This document shows, one piece after another, positions 13,182-26,078 of a stretch of DNA of 51,014 bases. The DNA comes from Octopus bimaculoides (Eukaryota). The DNA is taken from positions 10,389,056 through 10,440,069 of the forward strand of contig NC_068998.1 in assembly GCF_001194135.2 (NCBI RefSeq). Direction: 5' to 3'. Every line of letters begins with the position of its first letter. Position 1 is the stretch's first letter. The notes beneath the pieces were generated by a model. That model was not told the origin of the DNA, did no database searches, and saw nothing but the letters and a program-made list of their open reading frames with translations. The translations under genes were made by a program, and so were the position numbers.

Positions 13182-13665
13182 TACACACACATATATACAC
13201 ACACATACACACACATACACACTCACTCACTTGCACAAACACTTTATAAACATACTCATATCTCTACAATACTATACATTTTTATCCAAAGCTAAGAAAA
13301 GTGATATTTTTTTTTTCTCTCTCTTTTTATGTCACAGAAAGACACCCTTTATGTAGCTCGGTAGTGTCAGAACAACTATTGTTGTTGTTGTTGTTGGTTG
13401 TTACTATTTTGGAGTTTTCCACTTTTGAAAGCACCTTTTAAATCACTCAGTCTCTTTCTTCTTGGCTTTTTTTTAATTTTTTAACTTTGCCTTCTTTTCC
13501 ATTATTGTTTTTTTTTCTTTTTTTTTTACTCTTCTTTCTACTTTACCATTCCTTTCTCAAACACTTTCTGATTTTGAAAATAAAATTTCCATCCTTATTT
13601 AGAAAACAAATGACAAAAAATTTTTTAAAAAATTTTTCCATTGAAAAAAAAATATATATATAAAA

Positions 13666-13863
13666 NNNNNNNNNNNNNNNNNNNNNNNNNNNNNNNNNNN
13701 NNNNNNNNNNNNNNNNNNNNNNNNNNNNNNNNNNNNNNNNNNNNNNNNNNNNNNNNNNNNNNNNNNNNNNNNNNNNNNNNNNNNNNNNNNNNNNNNNNNN
13801 NNNNNNNNNNNNNNNNNNNNNNNNNNNNNNNNNNNNNNNNNNNNNNNNNNNNNNNNNNNNNNN
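13666..13863. other. Assembly gap (198 N); other gaps at 2608-2617, 12391-12400, 26964-26973 and 49609-49648
   Basis: N runs in the sequence. Confidence 0.99.
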
Positions 13864-14184
13864 TCATGGAAAAAAAAAAAAATATATATATAATGTTAAC
13901 CACTTTTACAAGTCTTTTAAAAGATCTATAATGAAATGTGTTGATTGTAAATGCTTCTCTTAAAAAAACCTTATTAGTATTATAGGCTTTCAATGAAATT
14001 CATGTATTGCAAGTGTTTTGCTTGTATATGTGTGCATATGTATACATATATGTGTGTGTATGTATGTATATACGCAAATACACATACAGATTATACATAT
14101 ACATTTGTGTGACGTGTGTCAGAATACCACTGTTGGCAAATGTAAATGTTTGCATAGGCGCATTTAAGGAGCTGTATATAAATG

Positions 14185-14228
<44 letters not shown>

Positions 14229-14430
14229 GTATGTATATATATATATTTAAAACGAAGGAAATACTCTTGTGCATTGTATGTTTTTGGTGGTTAATTAATT
14301 ACCAACCTTACACCTAAATTTTGAGATTAAGCTATTGTTGAAAACTCACAACCACAAACTTGCATTTAGGCAGTTAGTTGATGTAGTATACCTTTCTTTC
14401 TTGCTGTTAAATCTCTCTCTCACTCTGTGT

Positions 14431-14474
<44 letters not shown>

Positions 14475-14973
14475 ACATGAATGTAATTTATACATTTGTA
14501 TATATATATAATTAGATGTTAATGTCTATTTGTGCGTGTTTGTTTTCTCACTTCACATGTATACATTAATGCGTATCTCTCTGTATGTGTACATGTTTGT
14601 GTATTTTTAAGTGTGTGTGTCTGAATGTAGATGCGTGTGTGAATGTGTTTAATATGTTTATGTAATATATGTGTATATAGCATTTAACACTTGATACACA
14701 TGCACAAAAGCAAAAAATAAAAACAAATGAGACTTTCCCGTCAGATTCCTGCATTGGCTGTCATTCCCAAATTTCTTTAAGGTTGGCATCAAAACCTTTC
14801 TGTGTCTGTGTAAACCTCCTTATATTTGACGTATCAGCATAGAATATCAGCTTTATATTTGACACTCATAAGCGGAATTCCAATGTTTGTCTATGACTAT
14901 TGGAATCCTAGTCTAACTTGTAGTTAATCATGACATGGTGGTAACTGACTCACCAAGATTTACACGATTACTA

Positions 14974-15005
<32 letters not shown>

Positions 15006-15294
15006 ACGATAGTGATACTACTGTGTATTTCCAGAAGCCTTCCTTCCTTTATGATGTGGAGAGGGAAAGGAGCTGATGAATTGGAGGGAAGAATTGATGT
15101 GTCTATTGGGGTGTTGATATTGGAGGATTTCACTCCTAACCTCTGACCACACTCTGTTGGACTTAGCTTACTTCCTAGGAGTATAATTCAGAGTAGATCT
15201 TCAATAGATGCTATTTGTACTCATATCTGTGTACACACACACACACACAAACACAAGATCAGATGTACACAAAACAAAGGCGCACTTTTTAAAG

Positions 15295-15715
15295 CAGTGG
15301 TTCTCAACCATTTTTACCTATGGTTCCCCCTTGATTCTTGTTTTACTTGGGTGTGCCTCCATAGCTATTTGATGTTAAAAAAATGCTATTATATTTTTAA
15401 AATTAAATATTTAGGAACATGTATAAAACAAAAAAAATATTTTGTGTATTGTAGAAATATAACCAATTTATTGCACAAGAGACACATGGGATGGAGAGCT
15501 GCTAAAGAGGTCACAGAATGTGTGATGGAATATTTCCAGACAAAGGACATAAAATAAAAATAATAAGTCTGAAATGACGAATGAATATATAGTGTGTGTG
15601 TGTGTTTATTTGGCAAAAAGGAAAAAAGAAAGATGACCATCCGGAAATATAATTTTGATGACAAAATTTTATATGGGTTGTTAAAGGTCGTATGGGCCCC
15701 AGTTGAGAACTGCTG
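15295..15715. mobile_element. hAT/Charlie-type MITE, 421 bp
   Basis: TIRs CAGTGGTTCTCAAC / GTTGAGAACTGCTG; 8-bp TSD TTTTAAAG (15287-94) vs TTTTAAAA (15716-23). Confidence 0.8.
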
Positions 15716-16371
15716 TTTTAAAAGGTTGTTTTGTTGTTTTACTTGCTGGAAATAGAAGGTGAATAACTCTCTTGTATTACTCCAACCATCTTGAAAAGTG
15801 AAGGACACTTTGGATGATGAGGTCCTGAAATACTCAGTGGACTGAGAGAAAAATGGAGGTGGTAGTGGTCATGGTAGGAATATCCTTTTGATCATAGGTC
15901 TGCTCGGTCAGGGTTCACTTAGGGATAAACAATAATAATACTATAATAATAATAATGATGATAATAATGTATGCTTAGTTCATTTAAGACGTAAGTTTGT
16001 GATAATATATATAATGCTTGGTGTATGTAAAGCTAACTTTTTTCCTTCAGTACAACACACACACACACGGTGAGTCAAAAAAAGACTTAGTGATGACTGT
16101 TACAATTTTTCCATTCAAGTATGGGAGATAACTCTGAACATGCTTTGGTGGTATTCTGATCCCACCAGTATTATATAGTCTTTACAATACTTGCTAAAGA
16201 TGTGATGTAAGAATTAATGTGTTACTGTGTAAATGTACTCGACAGTTATATGTTAGTTGCCATAGGAAAATAGAATTGTTTAGAGAATATATAAATTCAG
16301 AGACACCATCTGCATAAAAGAAACAATAGTTAAGTAGTTGTGAGCATATTCAATACAGAGAATATGAAAAA

Positions 16372-16818
16372 GCTGACTAAAAATAATTATTTTGTATTTT
16401 GGGAGGGTCATTATGCCAATAATAAACACACACTGGTTCTGTTTCACTTTATTATTTATCAAATGGTTAGTTACTTAACCAATTAACTAATCAATTGTTT
16501 GATTAGTCATTCAGTTAACCAATCAATTAATTGTCTTTGCTCGAGTCATTTTGTAGGTTCAGTATTGAACCTAAAACTAATAGACAGACCTGAAGCTAAC
16601 CCGTAGCAGAGAGGTCACAAATGACAATGAAAGGACTTTGACAAACACCGCTGATTGATTGATTAGCCAAATTATTAATCAAACAATCAATTAGTTAGTT
16701 GGTTAGATATCTAACCGACTGACAAATAGTAATAAAGAAGTGAAATTGAACCAGTGCATGTGTTTAATATTGGTGTAATGACCCTCTCAAGATAACAGTA
16801 TAATTTGTTTCAACTCAT
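16372..16818. repeat. Foldback element / long-TIR MITE
   Basis: 16401-16527 is a degenerate reverse complement of 16653-16788, with weaker extensions outward and inward; perfect 8-bp hairpin at 16554-16573. Confidence 0.75.
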
Positions 16819-17275
16819 CAAGTATGTTGTGAAAAAAAGTTCTTTCAAGATATGACACTTTATATGAATCCTACATCCTGGCTACTTATTATTTTAGCAG
16901 AATAAACGAACAGACAATGCTATGAGTGATGTTGATCATAATTACATTGAACAGAACATATCTTTAAGTAGTTTACAAGAAGAATTAGAGGGGGAAACAG
17001 GAATAGATGAAGGTTCAAATATTTAGGAAAAAACATTTAAAAGAATAGTATAATAATTGTAATAACTGTTAAGATTAGTATTCAATCTTACATATGCTTG
17101 CATATATGAATAAAATTAGTTACTTTTATCCTAATCTCTGTGTGTGTGTGTGTGTGTGTGTTAATGAAATACAGTAGTAAAAATACTCAGTACAGGAAGT
17201 AGAGTATATTCATTTAAAATTGATGATTTACCATTATTGTTAATCTGAGTTACTCAGAGAGGATTTCTCAGCTTA

Positions 17276-17379
<104 letters not shown>

Positions 17380-18200
17380 ACTGTGAGTCCAATAAAATAT
17401 ATTTTGTTTTGCCCAAAGACTTGTCAGTAGCTGGAATTGGTGTGTGGTCCAATATAACTAGCTGTACCATGTTACCAATTCCAGTTCTTGACTAGCCCTT
17501 GTCTGAAATGGAATATGCATTTTGAGACTCACTATGATGGATTATACTCATTGACACTCAGTCAACTAACTCTGTGTCCTTTATTCTAGATGGCCTGACC
17601 ATATTCCTATAAACCTGTCAACCCCCCAAAATAATATATGTATCTATATACATGTGTGTGTGTGTCTGTGTATGTATATATTTATGTGTGATTATATATG
17701 TATATAGTGTTTTGATCAAAATAAAAAATTTCTCGATCTTTAACATGTAGAAAATGTATGCGCCATCAAAATCCAGTACATACCAGACGGTTTTTTTTTT
17801 TAATTAGAAAATCCACACATTATTTGAATGTAATATTATGAAATTTATGTGTGTAGACTATATGTCTTCGTAATTTTGTAATATACATATGTTTGTTTTT
17901 TTTAATGATATATATAATTATAATTTTAAAAATATATATATAATATACATTATATATAAGAATTCGTAAAAAGAATGGTTTTTCAGGTTTTTTAGTATAA
18001 TGTATTTTGGCTACTTCTGAAAATTATTTTGCGTATTATTCCTGTAGCCATTTCTGGTTGCATTCTGTAATTCTGCACTCATTTTCATCATATTTTTGGA
18101 GTGATGAAAATAGTATCCTAGTTAATGCAACATGTTGTTATTATGATAGCATTCATACCTAATTAGTATGCAATAGTTACGATTTCAGACACTGTCTGTT

Positions 18201-18232
<32 letters not shown>

Positions 18233-18316
18233 TTGTTGAATAAATATATCAAAAGTCTGTAAAGCTATGTATGTATGTATATGTATGCGTGTGTGTGTGT
18301 GTGTGTGTGTGCATGC

Positions 18317-18348
<32 letters not shown>

Positions 18349-18959
18349 GTTATAGTAGTAATAGTTGCTATGTGTAGATTGTACAAAGAAGTAACTACTC
18401 AAATTTAAGATAACTGAATGTATTTGCATTTCAGTTGTTTAATAAAAAAAAAAGAAAAAAATATAAGCAAATCACATATGCTTATGTCTAATCTTGTTAA
18501 AAACTGTTTTCAGTTGTGTATAAGTATGTATGAATGTATCTGTGTATGTGTGTGTGTGTGTATATAAATGAATACATGTTTGGGGATAAAACAAAAGAAA
18601 GAAGAAAATGAAGAAATATAGTCAATGTATGTTGTAGAGTTTATTTATTCATTCATAGCTGATTATTCACTCCAAAGCTGCTCTGGATTTACTGTAGTTT
18701 GTATGAGTTTGTGAAGGTGACAAAGACGAGAATGAACAAGTTGGTGCCATAGAATACACTTTGTATCCTGCTTTCTGTAAAGGATTGTGAGATTGTATTC
18801 TGTGATATCTGAACAAATGCGCAGCAATGGAGTGAACTGTCGACTTCAAATGAATACATATATATTATATATATATGAAGTATGTTTCTTCCCCATTTCA
18901 CTTTTTCCATAGAAATCACTAAGTTTCTTGACTGTCTTTCTTGCTTAGATGTTTTCTTT

Positions 18960-18991
<32 letters not shown>

Positions 18992-19452
18992 CTTCAAAGA
19001 AGGCAATAGCAAAGGGACATAAATCCGCTGTAGCTGAATCCTTAATAAAATATTTTATAGGAGAATACAGTCTTTTTATTTTTTTGATATGTGTGTATGT
19101 TCATGTTGTGAAGTTTCATATTTATTCCAGCAAACTGAATTTTCCTTTTGCCTAATTTTTCCTCATTTCTCTTCATTCTATTCTTTTACAAAAATGTATT
19201 TCATGAATTCAGGAACAATAATAATGCCAATGGACATTTCAACTGAAAAACGGGTTCTGATGGAAGACAATCAGTGTTTTCTTGTTACAGTAGCTTATCA
19301 ACCGCTTGTTATAAATAAGCTGTTACATTGTGGAAACTGTTTTCTTCATAAGTTACTGCATTTAGAACATGGCGTCAACAACAGTGATAATGATAAATTT
19401 CATAATTTATTTCACATCATAAAAGCAGTGTTTTATGAAGGCGTTCTCATTT

Positions 19453-19868
19453 GGGTATGTGATATTTTGGCATGGCTGTTTTGGCTCCAGCTATTTGACA
19501 CTGGTATACTTGATGCTGACGTTTTTGATATCAGACATTTTTGTCCTCAGGACCTCTTGGCACTGTGAAGATGATGTTTTTATTCTGGTTGACAACTAAT
19601 TTATTAATCACAACAATTAAATTACTCAACTACTAAACTTTGTTGAATTTTCTGCTTCACTTTATGTATGTGATGGTTTGTGAGAGCGTTTATGTTGATT
19701 GGTTTCAATTAATAAATTGTCATCTCTCTCTCCATCTGTCTTCATGCATATTTGTATGTATTTGCCTCCAGTGCCAAAAAGTATTGTCACCAAAACTGGT
19801 CCAGTATCAAATCAGCCATGCCAAGTTACCAGTGTCCAAGCAGCCATGTCCAATTGTCTCATTCTGTT
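19453..19868. mobile_element. Decayed Mutator-like foldback MITE with inverted arrays of a short TTTGGCRC-type motif
   Basis: 19455-19565 (GGCATGGCTGTTTTGG..GACACTGGT) is inverted relative to 19768-19865 (ACCAGTGTCCAAGCAGCCATG). No clear TSD. Confidence 0.4.
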
Positions 19869-20502
19869 CCACATGCTAGAATTGTTTCATTCTTTTTTTT
19901 TTTTTAAGCCTTCATTCTATCTAAGCTATGTTTACTGAAAGTCCACCATTCTTTCTTCTTATCCTGCTCGCTTTATCCTGATTTCTCCTTCTGGACTCTT
20001 CTCTCTCTTCCTCTCTCTATCTCTCTCTTCCTCTCTCTATTTCTCTCTGTTTCTCTTCTTCCTCCTATCCCTCTGTTTCTCTTCTCTTTTCATAGTCTAC
20101 CCTCCCTTTTGCACTATTATTAATGATAATACTAAACATCAACAAACTAAGTCCACCACCTGATGTTGGTACCAAGTTTACAGCTGCTCTGCCTCAAGAC
20201 ATTTGACTTTTGACTATAATTCTTCGGGCTCCATATAATCTACTGTTCTCTGTTCCTAAAATATGAAGGCACTATGTCTTATTTCATCAGTGAAGAGAGT
20301 CTTTGAAAATTTTGTCTGGTTATGAGGCAACTATTATCTTGCTTGGAAACAGGTGAGGGTTTGTGACAGGAAGGGCATCCCAGCTGTAGACAATCTATCT
20401 CAACAAATCCCATCTGACCCATGCAAGCATAGAAAAATGGATGTTAAACAATGATGAGTTATTAACATGGACACACACATAAGTCATGAGTAGACAGCCA
20501 TC

Positions 20503-20543
<41 letters not shown>

Positions 20544-21437
20544 GACATGCACATATATAGATGTAAATAGGTGTGTATTCACACATGTATATTAAATATG
20601 CATATATTTGTGTGTAAACATATATACATTTATATATACATATTTGTGTGTCTATGTATGTGTGTGTGTGTGTGTGTAATATATATATATATATATATAT
20701 ATGCATACACTCATACTTTTTCCATTTTATTAATTCTCATGGTTCTCAAATCCTTAACAAGTCAATGCTTTCAAAGAATGAAAAACTAAAAAAGCACAAG
20801 ATAAAACTGAAGTTTAAGGAGTCTAGTGATGTTCCGGATTGGTAAAAACCATTTTGTGCAATGCATAAAAAATAATTTGTCTATCATGAAATACTGATGG
20901 CCATTGCAGAGGAGGTGGTGGAAGAGAATGGGGATGTTGTATGCAAACTCCTTTGTACTCTGGAGAAAACAAACATAATCTTATTTTGCATAGTTATGTC
21001 TTTTTGCTCTTGCATGTTTTCCTCTCTTTCTGTGTTTTCCCCTGAGGACATATCTGAGTAAAAAGAGCAAAGGTATTTTGTTAGTGATTTCATTGTTGTT
21101 TATTTGTTCTTTCCAACCAGAAACATAACCAATCAAAAGAATAAACATATATGATTTTATGAAATAAATGAAATGATGCTTTTTTTTTCTGTTGTATTTC
21201 ATTTGGATTTACAAAGACAATGGAAATTAAGACTATGTTTATAAAGGTAAAAATCGCTGTGTGTATGTGAATATATGTAGACACATTCATGGCTGTGTGG
21301 TTAAGGATTTCCCTTCCTAATCACATAATTTCAGGTACAGTTCTGAATGGCAGCTCTGGCAAGTGTCTTCTACTGCAGCCCTGGGCCAATCAAAGCCTTG
21401 TGTATAGATGGAAACTGAAAGAAACTTTTTATATGTA

Positions 21438-21477
<40 letters not shown>

Positions 21478-21488
21478 CATGTGCACAT

Positions 21489-21760
21489 GGCTTAGTGGTT
21501 AGAGTACTTGGCTCATGATTGTAAAATTGTGTGTTCAATACCTTGTGGTGTATTGTGTCCTTGAGCAAGACACTTTATTTCACATTGCTCCAATCCACTT
21601 AACTGGCAAAATGAGTTATTCCTGTTGTTCAAAGAGCTAACCTTGTCACATTCTGTGTCACGCTGAATCACTTTAAATACTATATGAAGGGTACACATGT
21701 CTGTGGAGTGCTCAGCCACTTGCATGTTAATTTCATAAGCAGGCTGTACCGACCAGACCC
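21489..21760 (+). mobile_element. tRNA-derived SINE (CORE-like central domain + tail A)
   Basis: TGGCTTAGTGGTTAG head; TTGAGCAAGACACTT..AAATGAGT; tail CCTTGTCACA..GGGTACAC.TGTCTGTGGAG shared with 43290-43455. Confidence 0.75.
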
Positions 21761-21809
21761 TTGTGAGTGGATTTGGTAGATGGAAACTGAAAGAAGCCCG
21801 TCGTATATA

Positions 21810-21864
<55 letters not shown>

Positions 21865-22075
21865 ATATGTTTGTGTGTCTGTGTTTGTCCCTCCCCCAAC
21901 ATCGCTTGACAACCGATGCTGGTGTGTTTACATCCCCGTAACTTAGCGGTTCGGCAAAAGAGACCAATAGAATAAGTACTAGGCTTACAAAGAATAAGTC
22001 CTGGGGTTGATTTGCTCGACTAAAGGTGGTGCTCCAGCATGGCCGCAGTCAAATGACTGAAACAAGTAAAAGAGT
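21750..22075 (+). mobile_element. SINE with internal (TA/TG)n (GGATTTGGTAGACGGAAACTG family), headless copy
   Basis: Central and 3' modules near-identical to 28486-28870; separate head fragment at 21287-21430. Confidence 0.8.
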
Positions 22076-22231
22076 ATTAAAATGAATTGTAAAATAAACA
22101 GATTCTAAAGAGTGTGATATAAATTACAGATCAAAGAACGTAGGTTAAATATAAAGATAAATCAAAATTTAGATGGTGATATTAAGTTAGACCAATAAAT
22201 CTCTGCTATTATAAGATGTTTTTTCTTTAAG

Positions 22232-22293
22232 ATTCTTTATTTGGAATAAATCTGTATCACGTTCACAAATTAAAATGAGTTACGGACATTTTG
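22232..22293 (+). other. Candidate 62-nt exon carrying ATG AGT TAC GGA CAT TTT G|GTAAGA (phase-1 donor)
   Basis: Acceptor GTTTTTTCTTTAAG| (22230-31), AAAATG start at 22275, donor at 22294. Confidence 0.25.
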
Positions 22294-23479
22294 GTAAGAA
22301 ATTCTCATAAAAGAGAAAAACCTGAAAGAAAAGAAAATATTTATTTACTGCTGAAACTATCTGTGGTTTAGAAACCAAAATCAATAGCTGTTGATGTATA
22401 AAATAAATATTTTTAAAATTTAATGCAACAGCATTTATTATAGAAAAATGATAGATTTTTTTTTTTTTTTGTATAAAAGCCTATTTTTTGTTAACATATC
22501 AATCGCCATTGATTTTTTTTTTGTTGCTGTTTTTAAATCACATAATTTATGCAGTGAATAAATATTTTCCCATTTAAAAAATATAGTTATAGAACTTGCC
22601 ATTGTCACTAAGTTTAAGGAATTCTTTTCTTTACTTTACTCATTATTTTAGACAAATTCACATGTTTAACTCTTTTAGTATATGAACCTACCAAAGTCCT
22701 TTCTCATATTTCTTATACAAACTTCTTGATTTAACGTGACCTACATTGAAACCTTCGGGGCTATTGTAGAAGACACTTACCCAGGGTACTGAACCAGTAA
22801 ACATCTGATTTCGAAACAAGCTTCTTAACCACAAAACTGTGCCTGCTTGAATTCTGATGGCGTGAGTCTTAACTAGTCCAAAATTTATTGAGAACTAACT
22901 AGACTGAATTCAAACTGTGAAACCAAGATTGAAATACTTATTCATGTTTAGCCAAATTTAAATTCGCCACCCTCTTGACCTAAGCGCAAATAATCAGTGT
23001 ACAAAGGAATGCTGTAGGATCTATAAAACATTAAGTAACAACATTTTAAATTAATTAGATATACAAAAGTAATTAGCTGTTAGAGCATCCATAAAACGAA
23101 GTCTAGAGACTGCTCAAGTGGTTTATTAAATGTAGTTAATAGTACCTGTTACCTAGGTGATGTAATTAGCAGTGATGGGTGGCTAGAAGATGAAAATAAA
23201 ATTGTCAGAACTTAGGAAAATGTGGGGGAAATAATTGCCTCTTAGACATATTTTATATTTCTTATATTACTTTATACAGTTTACATAATCTTTTTTCCTT
23301 GTAAAGAGAGGAATTCTTTGTTGTGAACAACAAAGAATTTCTTTTTTTGAATGCAAAGAAGATGCTGAAAAAGCAATCGCCTCTGTTAGCAACAAATCAT
23401 TTCTGTCTTTACATGAAAATCAGGTTTTATATAACATTTTTTTGAAATGTAATGCTTGCTGCGTAGGAGGAGTGAGACA

Positions 23480-23640
23480 TGAACAGTATATGAGGTAGAT
23501 CTGTGGAGACTAGAGAAGATGAGTTGAGACATGTAATGCTAACCGGCATGAAAGTTTGAGCGTTTGTGAACTGAGAGAGAGCAGTTGTGCTGTAAAATAA
23601 TCAGACTGTGGCCATGGACAGAAGCAGGAGAAAGAGGAAC
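23480..23640 (+). mobile_element. Highly decayed RTE-like LINE fragment
   Basis: CNANRHESLSVCELRES resembles RTE 'CNVSVH.RQSVSELREKL'; several stops. Confidence 0.35.
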
Positions 23641-23734
23641 ATATAGGAATTGAGACTAAAGAGGAGAAGAAAGGAAAAAAGGAAAAAACTGAAACTAAGA
23701 TATATATATATATATATATATATATCTAGTAGTA

Positions 23735-24010
23735 CCCCACCCCCTTACAAACACACCAGCCCCTGTGGGGTCAAGCAGTGGGGTGGGAGCAAAGACAAAT
23801 ACAAAGACACCCACACAAACACGCACACACACATCATTTCATCATCTGACATGTAGCACATGGTGCACCTGTGCAAGCAGTGTTGATTTGATGGAGAGAT
23901 TGAGTTTATGTGTACACAAACATTTGACCACTATTAACGAATCCTCTGTGTGGTTGTTTGGCAAGAAATTGCCGAACCCTCATACATCGTCTAATGACAG
24001 GAGAGTCCAT

Positions 24011-24052
<42 letters not shown>

Positions 24053-24210
24053 AGGCTTCTTTCAGTGACCGTCTACCAAATCCACTCGCAAGATTTTGGT
24101 TGGCCTAAGGCCATAGTAGCAGACACTTGCCCAAGGTGCCACACAATAGGACTGAACTCAGAACTATGTGTTTAGGAAGCAAACTTCTTACCACACAACC
24201 ACACCTACAC
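23735..24210 (-). mobile_element. Broken minus-strand copy of the GGATTTGGTAGACGG SINE family
   Basis: TCTACCAAATCCACTC..AGACACTTGCCCAAGGTGCC at 24072-24140; degenerate 3' module at 23745-23820. Confidence 0.7.
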
Positions 24211-24411
24211 AAGCAGAAAGTATCAATAATTATTATCTTTTGAATTAATAATTAATATCTTTTTAAATCTCTTATTTATTATGCAAACCTATTTACACCA
24301 GATAACTCAGTATTCGAAGGATGATTCTGTCAACATCTACATTCTTTCTGGAACCTGGAAAGATCTTTTGGTGCCGGTTTTTAAAACATAACAATGTTTG
24401 GAATACATTAC

Positions 24412-24800
24412 AATTTGCCAAGTGTAAACCTCCTCAAGGAATGTGAAGACACAGGCGGGAAAGCAGAGCATTTTCTATTCAAAGTCAGATGTAGAGGATT
24501 TGTTGGACAAAGTGTGAGGCAACTGTTGTTATCATTAGGCCTAACTTATTATAAATTAAATACCACCATGACTGATGTCCAAACTACAGTGGAAAAGGCT
24601 AGCCACTGGATTTGGTTAAAAAGAGACAATGAGCAATGGCTAGAAGAATACTGAGCTTTATTTGATAACCCATTGATCTAGCAAGCGGGGCCTCATATCA
24701 GTGAGTGGGGTGGCCAGTGCACATTGATGCCATCGAGAGGTAGGCCACAAAACGGTGCACATTCTCTCCTGATGACCCCATACACTTGCTGGCTTCCTAG
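24412..24800 (+). mobile_element. 5'-truncated non-LTR retrotransposon with restriction-like endonuclease C-terminus (HERO/NeSL-type) plus 3' UTR
   Basis: LLKECEDTGGKAEHFLFKVRCRGFVGQSVRQLLLSLGL..VEKASHWIWLKRDNEQW* resembles the RLE-clade EVGCRGF..AEKASRWLWxKR..W terminus; followed by a SINE at 24800. Confidence 0.75.
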
Positions 24801-25733
24801 GCGGCGAGCTGGCAGAAACGTTAGCACGCCAGGCAAAATGCTTAGCAGTATTTTGTCTGCTGTTATGTTCTGAGTTCAAATTCCGCCGAGGTCGACTTTA
24901 CCTTTCATCCTTTCGGGGCGATTAAATAAGTACCAGTTACACACTGGGGTTGATATAATCGACTTTATCTGTTTGTCTGTCCTTGTTTGTCCCCTCTGCG
25001 TGTAGCCCCTTGTGGAGCTTTTGACTGGTAGCACTTGCATGTGCAAATTGTTTGCAAAACATGTCAAATGTTAAAAACAAGATTATAATTGTTGTGACCT
25101 TTGCCCCTCTGAGAAAATGAATGTACTTTTTTTTATAAGGGTTCAATGTTGTCTTTGATATTTATAAAAAAAGAGGGGATAGTTTCATGATTGGATCACC
25201 TTTGGTCATAAGTTTACTTGATCTGCAACAATCTAGAGCTGAACAACATCAACAACAGCGACAACAACCATGACCACTTTATCAGTTTTACTATGTTAGT
25301 ATAGCTGTGTGAGGAAATGTATTGTGAATTTCTATATAACCAGAGAAGTCACATGGCTACTACCACCCCCTTGTAGTTAAGGTACTAATTAAGTTGTTAA
25401 TGAGATTTTGTTAGTTAAATTGAATTTTGTAACAAAAGAAGATGATATTCGTCAAAAGCCATTTGAAAGTTCCTTTACCCGTTAGAATGCTTTTAAAAAC
25501 AAAGAAAAAGATTGAAATTAAATTTAATGATTGTAGAGAAATCTTGACACGTTTCTATTATGGTGAAAATTCTCATTACTATTTTCATTCTCAAATGCTC
25601 AACATGTGGTAAACATGTGGTAAAGCTTCTGTGAGTCTCCTTCATTTTTCATTTGAGGATAGCCTAATGGTAGAGTTCCAGCTGAAAATAACTTGATATT
25701 GTATCATCCTGGGTAACTAGAGAGAGAGAGAGT

Positions 25734-25768
<35 letters not shown>

Positions 25769-25827
25769 ATATTTAGAGGTACCCCAGGATGGCACAATAT
25801 CAAGTTCTTTTTTTCATATATATATAT

Positions 25828-26037
25828 ATGAGAGTGTGTATACCCTGGATTTGGGTAAAAGAAAATGCTGGGGAATCAGTTAATGATGATTTTATTCAGC
25901 ATATTCTCCTCCCAGATTCACACTCTTATTGCAGTAGTAGTTCTTCAGTTTTTCTAAGCCCTGCGAAAGAACTCAGAAGTTTGGGCCTCCAACCAGGATT
26001 TTTTGCAATACCCTTAAAGCCAAGAAGTTCTCAGCAC

Positions 26038-26040
<3 letters not shown>
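25828..26040 (-). mobile_element. Mariner-derived MITE, degraded copy
   Basis: Homologous to 29422-29623; the minus strand retains a frameshifted EFF..GLEKL..NKSVNLGGEYAE* mariner transposase C-terminus. Confidence 0.65.

Positions 26041-26078
<38 letters not shown>

Noticed and set aside
12895-13345. Additional acceptor- and donor-like sites (12895, 13002, 13337; also 18658 and 19212)
   Set aside because: No partner site giving a frame-compatible exon and no protein similarity; such sites are expected by chance in T-rich introns.
19089-19568. 159-aa non-repetitive ORF
   Set aside because: No recognisable domain, no phase-compatible donor, starts in (TG)-rich sequence and runs into a decayed inverted-repeat element; likely fortuitous.
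24740-24850. CTGATGA followed by GAAAC, resembling a hammerhead ribozyme core
   Set aside because: The GAAAC belongs to the adjacent SINE head, and I could not build stems I-III.
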